A stretch of 63,432 nucleotides of DNA, counting the filler, from Phoronis australis (lineage: Eukaryota; Animalia; Phoronida), in NCBI GenBank assembly GCA_002633005.1. It is 10 parts of 10 records of this genome, joined end to end, with 100 filler letters (N's around TTAATTAATTAA, not from the genome) between each part and the next. Parts side by side here need not be neighbours in the genome. Positions count along the whole stretch, not along the records: positions 23,888 to 27,382 come from NMRA01001005.1; positions 27,483 to 51,797 come from NMRA01001361.1; 8 more parts are not named here. One strand, written 5' to 3'. The notes below the pieces were generated by a model. The model worked only from the letters and a program-made list of their open reading frames with translations. It was not told the origin of the DNA and searched no databases. This document shows, in pieces, positions 24,466-36,500 of the stretch; within the stretch, counting starts at the first letter, position 1; each line of letters starts with the position of its first letter. The translations under genes were made by a program, and so were the position numbers.

Positions 24466-27400
24466 AAAATAAATGCACACTCTCCCTGCCGCCACACGCT
24501 GCTGCTAAAGCGCAATATTTTTGTGAATGTGTTTCATGGAAAACTAGTTACATTGTCGGCTATTATCTTGTCTTTGGAAATCATAAACTCTCTTCATTTA
24601 GAGCACTTTCCTATATAAAATTGTTAGTTTACGCTGATGACGAATGCTTTCAGAGCTAGACAATGAAAGGAGTAAAAATTAGATAGTCAATTAAGATCAT
24701 GATCAGTGCACAGAACGACTGCTCAACACAAAAGGCTGATAACGAACTGTGAACTCAAGCTCACTCATATCTAATCCGAGTAAAAAACAAGTCAAGTTCT
24801 CGAAATCGAAATTATTGTCAGCATTTCCTATTGTACTTTTGTGTAAACTCGAGATATAATTGTCTATTATTGTACGCTTGAGTACATAGTCGTCTATTCT
24901 TCAGTTTCTAGTCCAAGGTTACACCTGGTGACTTTTATATTCGAGCTACAAGCTCGAATAACAACTCAAAATTTTAGCATTAACGCAAGGTTCATCAAGC
25001 GCAAACTAGGACGAGGCAGTTAATAATAAACACTTATTTTGAGTTGGCATTGAATTAGAACAGAAAATGCCTAAAATAACGTCCCGTTTGTTTTCCAATA
25101 CTGAGAAACATTAGAGCTGGATCCAAATTTACAGATGAAGAGTTTCACCCACTTTTCTTGAATTCAATGAAGGTTTAATGAATCCGTAACGAGAATTAAT
25201 ATGATAAGATAATATTCGACATCCGACAATCCTATTTTTATGCCAAGATCATTGGAAACATTTCACCAGAGAAATAGCGTCACCTATTGACAGGCGGTAA
25301 ACATCCGTGCCGTTCACGAATTCTCTTTGTGGTGCGCGGCCACGGACGTTGTGGAGAAGCAAAACACGTGAATTTGCAATGAGACAAAATTTAACCGGAC
25401 ACACGAAGCAAGAATCTGTGTTCATATTTGATGTGGTTGAAGACTTAGTGAGGTAGCCCCGTAACGGATTTATTAAACCATCCGTAGTCTATACATGTAT
25501 ATGAAAATGTAAGTTGAGCGAAGACATTTGTACCTGTTGTGACATTTGAAGAGGCATGGAACGCGAAATCTCATCAAAAATATCGTTTAAACAATTCTTC
25601 GAGAAAAATCACCAAATTCACGATTTTTAAAATACTCGTTTAGGGAAAACGTTATAGTCACCAAAGAGTTTCTAATCTGTTCCCCACTGATATAAGTGCG
25701 CATGCGATTACAGTCATTTGGTAAACAGCTGACTGACAAGATGCCTATTTTAAACGACGGATTGTGTGTGATTGCACTCCGAATTTGAGGTCGACAGCAC
25801 GGTATGAGGCAAGGCAGTGAAGCAAGTGATTTCCTGAAAATAATTCCAAGAGTATTTTAGAAAATATCTGAATACTACGATACAATTATGACTAACTTTA
25901 AAGATTTGGGAATTGAAGTATTTGCCTCTTTTACCGGACTGGATACTGCTTGAAGTCGCAAGCGTTTTTTTACATCAGAGGTCAAAGGTAATCTTTTCCA
26001 TAATAGGAGAAGAAATGTGCTACATTTATGTATTACAATACCAAATAAGGTCACGTGCTTTGCCTTGTTGGAGAAATGGGACGAAGTGGCGAGCAATGGG
26101 GCTATTCGGAGAATTCTCCTCGCGGTGTCGCTGCTGTACTAGTGGTGATTGAATTGCGCATGCGTGGCTGTCTGCATGTAAACAACTGGTTAAAGATGGA
26201 ATTTTTATCAAAATACGTCGTCGTACTAAGCCTTATTACTGTTAATTTCCCTGGTGCAAGTCTTCGACAGGTGGCCACAAATTCCCAAAAGACCTAAGGT
26301 TACTATATTCGTGAACAATTGCGGTCAACAGGGTCAACTAACTGACAAAAAGTGTGTGGATGCTGAAGCCCCGTGTGTGCTCGGACTATGCAGTTCCATT
26401 CGGAGACTACACAACTTTACTTGGTAAGTTTTTAGCAATCAGTTTCTATCAACATCGTTCGGTGATGTTATCCCCACCAGTTACCCCACTGAATAACAGT
26501 TTTATTGAGTGGAACTAAGTGTTTCTTTTTGGAAACTCACCCGATGCCGGGTAGGTTAGCAACACATATTCATATTGTCCTGGGTGGGAGTGCTACCAAA
26601 ATAAGAGGTGTATGGTACGTGATGCTCAGAAGTCAAGAGTGACTTTTTACAGCAGTTTCTCTTCAAAACTATGCTGTTTCCAATAAAATTCTCTAGATGA
26701 GTGAGTTTCCTTGTTTTATCGTGGAGCCCACCCCCAGGACCACCAGCTCAGTTATCGAATTAACATGAATAAGTCTTATTTCAGTAAATGTCGTAACATT
26801 GCATTGGAAAAACACCAAGAATGAATTTTACTTGTTGAGATCAGAAGCACATTTTAGGTGTCATGAAAAATACACATTGTTAAATCACTTTTAGCGTGAC
26901 TCACATATTTTAATTAAGATATTAAATAAGACTTCGGTACAAAGGTTATTAATTTCTACACATAAACATGAAGATGAAATGTCAAGTATGTTCTGCCTAA
27001 CAAAAGTAGTTTTGTCTTATCTTTTCTTTTACAATTTACTAATATTTCTATTCTGTTGCAGGCGAGAAAAAACAACTGAAACCAACCGCCTGACCATCTA
27101 TTTCACCGTTGGACAAAGTGAAAAGCAATCCTTCAGCAATAACCTGAGAGAATTGAATGTAATTCAGAAATTCAGCACCTGATTTGCCTGATTATGGACT
27201 CCCTCGCAATGTTGTTTCTTTCTGTGCTTTTTCAGTTTGCCATTTGTTTTTAAATACACTGATAATTGTTTATTCTCGAATCTTGTGCATAGCAGATTCT
27301 TATCCAGCTAGCTACAATTGAAAACATACAATGAGACAATCGATGCAGTCACTGAATGTCATTTCCCCATAATCTGTACCAANNNNNNNNNNNNNNNNNN

Positions 27401-27550
27401 NNNNNNNNNNNNNNNNNNNNNNNNNNTTAATTAATTAANNNNNNNNNNNNNNNNNNNNNNNNNNNNNNNNNNNNNNNNNNNNAATGGACCAAACGCCAAA
27501 CGCAGCATACACGACATGAAATGCTCGGACTGAGTCATCTGCGATTTTTG

Positions 27551-30500
27551 ATGGCTATTTTTACCTTGACTTTGTTGTTCAAGATGTTAGGTAGGACCTA
27601 ATCGACAAATCTGCGAATTGAGCAAAATATCCAGAAAATTACAGATTTAAACTCAGTGAATGATTTTATAACGACAAAGCGCGAACGAACGCAGTTTTGT
27701 CTTTGAGCGTTGCAAAGAATTCTCTTTGACTTTTTGCTGGTTAATTTGGACATTTTATTGCACTTAGATGTGCATGCCTGTGGAAACAATTTGTCTTGCA
27801 CGTCCGCGAAGAGCAAAGCGTGTTCAGATTTCATTGAGATCAACATACTGTACATGTATTAAGTTAAGAATCTCAGATAAGATTGTTCCTGTTCGCTGAT
27901 GGTGAATTGTTTGATTCCTGTGACAAGCTGCAATTGTTAAAGACCAGTACTCCCATTCGATATTACTGAGGCGGTGAGAGGGAAAGGTTTTCCAAGTTTG
28001 GACTTCAATGTTGAAACGGGGTCTGGTCAACCGACTTTATTAAAAGATTTTAATATCTTGATATGCATGCCTGGCAATGATTGTGAAGTAAACTTATTCA
28101 AGCCTACATGTACAGTATGAGCTTGATAAAATAAATATCTCCTTCAAAGACGGTAACTGAAATATCGTTATCGCATTCCAATAAATAACAAGCATATCAA
28201 GAAGATGAAGCAAAAAAAGCGTAGAGTTGCTCTCCAGATAAAATCTTCTAAGTCAAAGTAACGACATTATTATCGTAAGAACATATCTTCTCTTTTCGCT
28301 TTCAGCCATTCTAATAGCATTTCTGTCCATGTGCGGATGGGTATGTTCAAATATTTCGCAGCGCCACCCGAGTGACTCACGAACGTGCATTGAAGTATTA
28401 GCTTTGTGGGCTTATTTTTCATTGATGACTTTAGCGATCCGTTTTCACTCCTACATAATCGGGAACCATAGCTATGCAAAACGACAGGAGGGATGGCTAT
28501 CGTGGTGTCTGAAGCTGAACTCGGAGACACAGTACATCGTGGATCATGGCCTCGCAAACGTAAAAACAGTAGAAGAGTTTCGTGCAAGACATCCGCTTAC
28601 GTCATACCAACACTACAGACCCTACGTCGACAGATGTCTCAACGGCGAAACCAACATCATGTTCAGTGCTAAGTATCCTGTTGATTATTTTGCTTGGACG
28701 TCGGGTACATCGGGTAAGAATAAGGTCTACCCGTGTAATCGCAAACTGATGTTCTCGAAACACTCTAACATTCAATCATTATGGTTTGCAGCGAAGTTAT
28801 TTAAGGACTATTCACCCATGAACTTTCCTTTAGAAGGGTTTGCTATACTCGTACCCGTTCCCAATTACAAGAAAACCCAATGTGACGTCGACACCGGAAC
28901 TATTCTCGGCATGATATTGGGAAACCAACCTTCAATATGTGCCACTCCTCCCAAAGCAGTCTTCTCGCCCAGACGACTCACCAACTATACGGAACATGAC
29001 TTCTATTACGTCTCCGCCATATTTTGTTTGCAAGAACCCGTTTCTACTATAATCCATGGCCTTGCATCTAGTGCTTATGTTTTTTATGTAACTCTCGAGA
29101 GCGAATGGGAAAGCATTTGCGACGATATCGCTACAGGTTTGATCAACGATGAAATAAACATTGATCCACGTGAACGAACCCAACTTGAATCGTTGTTGAA
29201 ACCGAATCCTGTGCGAGCCGACGAACTCAGAAATGAATTTAGAAAAGGGATGAAGGCAATTGTAGGTCGCGTTTGGCCAAGAGCGAAGTGTATTTCGTGT
29301 ACACTGTCCGGTTCATTCAGATGTTATTCCGATATCCTGTCCTTCTATTTTGGTGATGTTCGTGTCTTTAGTGTCTACCACGCGTCTACTGAAGGCGGGT
29401 TTGGTTTCAACTGTTGGCCAGAGGACAAGACCATACGTTATGCCCTGGGGTCGACCAATACATTCTTCGAGTTTATAGCCGAGGACGACTTAGGGAAAGA
29501 TGAGCCGTCAACAGTGTTGCCGCAACAGGTATTTGTTCAGATGATTACGTCCGCCGAGATAAAAATCTAAACAATAATAAACACGAAACAGTTGATTACA
29601 AATGACGTTGGTAAATATAGCAAGACAATAGGATTGTATAAAGACTTGCCACATTCATTTTAATCGTTGGCCATTGCAACATTGAGTTCTCCTTCAATAC
29701 TATCTGGTAAAAATATTTCACTTGAAAACGCCAGTGTAATTAGGATTTGAATAACGACAAGTTCTCAAGCTATTAATATACTTTATTGAGTTTGAGTTAT
29801 TTAAGAGTTTGACCAACGAATCTAGAGTGAAAAATCAACTTCCGTCACTCTATTCGGGGAAAACCATCACACCAACAGCAAGGATCGTATTACAATGAAC
29901 ATGCCCGGAGTGTGGAGCTCTTATCACTAGCCATAAATTGTGCCAAAAATAGAAATCCCTTATGGGCACAAAGATCCTTTAAATGCGCAACTCTCATCCA
30001 CAAACGCACACTCGCACACATGCGACGTACTTTGGCATTTTATAACAAAATGTATTTCTTGCGGTTCGTGATAAGTGTTTTTGTAGGGAATGATTAGGAT
30101 TTTCCTAAAACTATACGATTGTTTTCCGGATTTTGCCATTGCTTCAAGTATCAAGGTCATCCTAAATGATATATTACATTTAGGATCGGAAATTAGTTTT
30201 ACCGCTTAGAATTGATACAATGACATTCATTTCCAAATTTGCTTGATTGCTGCTTGTTGTTTTGAAGCCTACATGTAGATGGACTCGAATATGAATGTCA
30301 TGATTATCCATATCCGCACACCTGTGCTTTACGGATTGAAGTGGAATTTCAAGGATGTTTCCAACCTTCGGAATCGATCAATTGTCACTTTTTTGATGGC
30401 ATTTTCACCTCCACGGGCATCAATTTGCTAAGTATTGTGTGTATGGCTGTGTTGGTTATCTCAGGCAGATTCTGCCTCTAAACCTACATGTATGCCTATG

Positions 30501-33500
30501 CACACCATACATGTATGTTGAGACCAATCTTTAGTTTGATCAACACGTGTAGTGGAAAATGCCTAGCATGAAGTCGAATTAGATTTGGAGTACAGAGATT
30601 TCGATCTGAGTTTGTGAATAGTGAATACTTTTTTACGTTTAGGTTGAAGTCGGTAAGAGTTATGAGATGGTTATAACTACTGCCTTTGGCTTGTACCGAT
30701 ACCGCCTCGGGGATGTTGTGGAAATTGTGGACTTCTACGAAGACGTCCCTGTTTACACGTTTAAGTACCGGTAAGAGATTAGTGTGGTGTGTTTTCATAT
30801 CAAGTATGATATAATTAAAATATACAATTTGTGAATGACCCTTTGAAAACGTCTGGACTTGAAGACGTCATGTCTCATTAAAAGCGTGGAATTTGTAGCA
30901 AGATCTACCCTGTGACATCTTGAAGAACTGTGCGTGAATGTAGGATCAGGAAAAGAAACAATTTTTAAATATATTGCGGTTTTAAGAAAAAAAACACCAC
31001 AACTGATACACCTAAATACATGTGTGAACACATGAAAAACCGTAGTGATCCCAAATAGTACCCAATAGTTATCTGAAATAAGTAAATAGTAAAAAGTGTA
31101 TCTTATTTATTTAGGGTAACAACAATGTGAGCGGGTTTCCCAGAGATTCCTGTGTTGTCTTAGGAAATATGCACGAGAAGTGTTTGCAGGTACATTGCCT
31201 AACGCCAGTCCACAGTCTGTTTGGAGCTGATGTCGTAACTTGAGTTGCCACCATGCACGAAAGTCCTGAGGTTCCAAAAAACTAACCTATACCTTGTTTG
31301 TTCTCTTGCCGGGACGACATAGTAAAATTTGTACATTCCGATTTAATGAGACTAAGCATGTTTAAAAATGCCCTATCTGCATTACGATATATGAAAGTAT
31401 TCTCGTCGCTGGCTACTTTCCTGCTCATACTTGATCACGTGCAGTTTTTGTTGAATTCATTCGTTGACAAATCTTTCACTTTCTAATCATACGTATGCCC
31501 AAGCCGACTCTTGGTAGAGATTTGAGAACGTTTTGAGACTTCCTTGTAATCGTTTACTTGTGTCTGCATCAATCAGGTTCTTTTGAGTTGATCTAATTCT
31601 CGACCGCAATCGTTTGTCTTTGCCTTATGTGTTTCTGCAATAATCAGAGATGCTGTCATTCACTGGATTCTGCACTCCCGAAACCATTGGGATCACACAA
31701 ATAATCAAAAAATGCAGTACAACCTGTTCCTCGCAAATGTCGTCATTTCAGTATAAATCAGTGGAATTCATTAGAACGTTAAAAAAATATTGGTCCTTCT
31801 TCAACAAAAACAACTTTTCCCTTGGGAACAGGGCTTAAACTGTCAAGCAACACGATTACCTCGTAAATTAAGATTATTGTTGGCGTCGCCTTGTGTTACA
31901 AATGTGATGTAAAAGAACATTTAACTTATTTTCGTCAGAATTGGTCAAATGTTGAATGCGTTTTGGGAGAAAACTCCAGAGAGCTCATTCTTGGAGGCCA
32001 TCAATATGACCGTGCGTGCATGGGGAGACAAAATCACCCTGCGGGACTTCGCGGCCACGGAAAACATCAACTGCACGGGTTTGCAAGGTACGTGTCAAAT
32101 TCTACCGCATATTCGTTGAATTGATTACTACCACACAAACTCATTTCCGCAAAAAATTCTGGGAAGCTCATTGGAACAAACGTGGTATTTCATACCGAGA
32201 TTCTTAACTGGTGTTTAATCACTGGTTATTTCCAAAAATCATTAGCGTTACATGTACAATGTAGTGACGTCGATTGCTCAGAGTGCACACCACATCGTCA
32301 TATGCACAATTGGATATGAATGGAATGTTTGCAGTTTTTCTAAATATGCCAATGTTCCTTGGGTAGACCTAAAACGTTCGTGTCTGTGTGTACATATTTA
32401 AACTGGCACGTGACCTTAATCTTTGTGAGGAGTGTGAGCTAGTGAGTTGAATGTCCGTCTCCTGTTCTCTGAGTCTTGTATTCAAATCCCACTGAACTCC
32501 GATGCTAAGTCCTTGACTCATGTCTGTTGCTTCTCAGCTGAGCTTTATTGTGTGCGTATGTGTTTCATGTTGATGTAAATGTTGATAAACCGAAATTATT
32601 CAGTTAGACAAACTTGCTTTCATTGAAGAATGACTGTAATTTTATGTATTCCCAGAATCCCTCGAGAGCTAAGATGTGATACGGAAATGCGCGAATTTGT
32701 TCATGTGTTTCGTGCAATAGGTACAGTTGAGATACCTGCACATGTCTGATGAAACATGCATCGGACCACCTGCATTATTTTTGTTGATGCATTTCGCAGT
32801 AAACCATGTGTGATTAATCCACATGGCGGGACCACTGCGCTGATCATGACTCACGTGAACAACTCCGTGATAGTGTCCTTGTAGGGAGAAGTCTTCCAGT
32901 CCCCCTGCTTTTCTGAGGATATTAGTGAAAATAAAAATCTGTATGATCAGCCGTTTTCCTGCAGACTCACTGTGCGTCCATTGAGTTGAAGGCTGCTAGG
33001 ATTTTGATAGGCAAGTGAATTTGTGCGAAATGTTAAAGAGTATTGTTCTTCGACACCATTTATACACTGTATTTCAGACCATTAATCGATGAAGTGTTCA
33101 ACTGAATGTTGGTATTGGTAATATTGCAATCACTTTACCAATATTTATTAAACCAAACTCGATTTTGGGTCTGGTAACCCATATTAAAAAGGACTTTCCC
33201 GTCCAGCTCTCTGAAACAAAATAATGTTCTGTTACCCTAAATAATCCTCACAAAATGGAGGAAAATTTGAAAACTCCTTTCTAAGTCCGTTAGACGGTCA
33301 AGCGTGGCCTATGTTTTTCGACGAAATATAGTCCAGTTTGTGAAATGAGACGTTTGAGTTTTTACATTGACGCCAATGACCCATTATCCGGTAAAAGAAC
33401 GAGAATTGATTGAAACCATTAAATCAGGGTTTTGTATCCTATAAAGTTCTTTAAAAGAACCTGTAACCACCCATTGACTCCAATGAATTCCGTTGGAGTA

Positions 33501-36500
33501 AATAAGTTGGTGTGGGCAATTATATCCATAAATGCGTTAAAAGAAGATGGTAATATCCAGGTAATTACAACGTGGACATTATGGAACATAAAAGCCTCTT
33601 CCAATCCGGGGACTATTGGACCGAAACTTGTTGTATCAAAATAATCCTCCAGTAGGTTTTAGGTAAGCAGAAGCGTTTGGAATCAGAGAACGTCAATTTA
33701 CGCATAGAAGGTATTGTCGTGTTGATGTATTCCGTACACTTAACGTTAGTTACATGTATGACTGTACTTGCATCGTGACAAGACTTACTGTACAAACGTG
33801 ACGTAATCTCAGGAAGACCATGATGATGGTGATGACGAGAATGGGGATGAAGATGTTGGTGATAATGATGATTTTGGTGAATATGACAGTGATGAAGATG
33901 ACGATGAAAATCATGATGATGATGGCAATGGTGACGCTGATGTAGTTCACGATGATAAAGATGATGACAATAGGAATGGAAATGGGATTGATTAGGATGG
34001 TTATGATGATGACAATATTGATCGAGGTTTTGGGGGTGGGGACAATGATAATGACAATGACGGACATGGTGGTGATAATTATAATAATGACGACGACAGG
34101 GTTAATGATGCTGATGATAACGACGGCGATTATGAAGATGATGATGACGACGATGAAAACGAATGTTATAAACATAATGGTGGTTACTAGTACTGATGGT
34201 TGTGGTATCAAAGGTGCTAATAATTAGAATGAGGATACTAGTCATGCAGAAGATGGTGTTGGTGATGATGACGATGGGTGATAATTGTGAATTTGTTTAT
34301 GATGGAAGTTTTTGTTGCTTTATTTTCAGGAATTCGTGTTGCGTCAAACAAAAAAGGGTATAAACTATTTGTCGAGGTCCTAGAAAACACAGTATTGTTA
34401 ACAGAGCAGCAAAAAGAAATGGTAAGAGAAGTTCCGTTTTGCATTCATTGTCGAGACTGCACTCTTTGTGAGGTTTAAGAACAATTCCATATAAAAATCA
34501 AATGGTGGGCTATATATGCAAAATCCCCAATTTTTTTAAACTTAGCACATCAGCTTGTCAAAAGAAACCTGAGTTTCTGAGTTTTTTTAACCCTTTTTAC
34601 GACCACTTGGTACTTTTTCTGAAAAATAGCAATACTGGGAAGTAAGTGACTTTTTGTCAGCAACAACACATCATCGCTTCGCGCTATAGAAGAAATAACT
34701 ATATAGCAGAAAGAAGAAAGAATAACGTACAAGAAAAAAATAGTTCGGATGGATTGATTGATTTTTTATGTCCTCCCATTTTAGCCTACAAAAATATCAT
34801 TTTCACTGCTTATTGTTAAGGCCATTTTTACACATTTTTATCGTTCTCCCAAATCTATATCGGATTTTTTTGGAACATGAGTTAACTTCCATCGGTTACT
34901 GCTGTGTTTGTTCAGACGAATGCAAGAGTTAAAATCTCGCCTCTTTCATAGTTTTTGTTCCGTCAGTTTTTACATAACTCACACACTTTTCTGCCAATCT
35001 GTGACATTGGGTTAGATTAAAAGACTCTAGGAGGCGCTACTCGATTGTGCAATTATCTATCGACCAAGATGCCAAAAAGAACAAATATTTTTCGTTTTGC
35101 TATATCAGTGATGAAGGAGAAGATGGAAAGCTGTTTGAGCGTTTTTTTCTTCGCCTATTTTTAGTTTTGCTGGTGCAAAAACAAAAATCTATCATAGGAT
35201 TACAGAACTCAAAAAGTCAATTTTAATGTACTGATGAGTTAATGATACAACCCCCATCACCATCTCATACTTCAGAGAAGCAGGTTTTATTCTTATTAAG
35301 GGTGCCCATTACCCCTTGTTTGGTCAGTTTTCGAACACCGTAATTGACTAAGAATCCCACACACTGCCTACTGTGCATGCTGGTCCATTTTCAGACCTCC
35401 TGGTTTAGTGTATGATGCATTTCCACCCAACACTTCAAGAAACTGCATTTTGTTTGAAGAAAACAAGAGCTACTGAAACACAAACTCTTTTTATTTTGCT
35501 CAGTACGCATGTCTGTGATAGCCATTTCTCAAAACTAGATAATCACTCCTTCAAAAATCTCAGTAGTTTCAATACCTTTAGAATCAACCCTGCAGCCCAT
35601 CCTAACCCGGTAACCGGACATGCCTATCAGGTTTGTGCACCTGGGCAGTCAGTAAGTTGAAAGTTGTCAGCAAGAGCTAATACAATTACATAATTATTCT
35701 GAACTGAAATCATGACCTGTTGACCCAGACCAGCAGTTGTGATACATATGAAGTAACATTTTAGCAATTGTACTAATATCTTACATGCACCAACAGGATA
35801 GGTAAAACGTTGCCCCTCATTTGGCCATTTAGGGGCTAAAATACTTCCTACTTCGCTACATGTATTTTAAACGGGCGGTAAGCAAAATCCGGCCACCGAT
35901 TTTGAGTTTTAACGTCGTCAAAAATACATTCTACACTTGAAACTATTATTTAAAAAAGCGTTTACTTTCACCATTGGTCCTTTCTACGTCTATACATATC
36001 TTCGATGAAGCTTAGTTGTGAGAATTAAGTCGACTTTGGCGGAGAATTCCAACTTTTTCTCCGCGCGCGATAACACAAAGTATGTCAACTGAGTCACGTG
36101 AGTTAGGCAAAGGCTAGCGCGAGACTCAGCGAAGCGCGTTACAGTAGCACGTGACACTTGCTAAATAGTATGAGAAGGTATCGTGTGAAAATTGTAAGAC
36201 TTGTGTCCCATGGAATTTTTAGTCGACAACATGCGTGATTTCACGTAACTTCCGCAAAATGTCACCCGGTAAGAGAAACTCGAGAAAACCGCAACAAATT
36301 TTCATCGATTTGTTCAAATTATCTTGACTGAATCGTTTCCAGACTTAAGGTATGAGGTTAACTTTCGCATGTCGCGAAAGTTAACGCCCCGTTCAATCTT
36401 CCGCTTCGTTCTAGCTGTGTGTTCTGGATAACAGAACGTCAATTTTTGTTTAAAGCCAAGTCCAAACTCATGTCAATGTGTAAAACATATAATGGCGCAT

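Noticed and set aside
28329-29570. The 413-aa ORF as an intronless (bacterial contaminant) GH3 gene
   Set aside because: It is exon 2 of a spliced gene: the donor at 29529 and four downstream exons supply the YRLGD and QFKMPR motifs.
33750-34227. Ile/Met-rich 153-aa and 91-aa ORFs resembling membrane proteins
   Set aside because: They are translations of a degenerate (GAT)n microsatellite inside GH3 intron 4.
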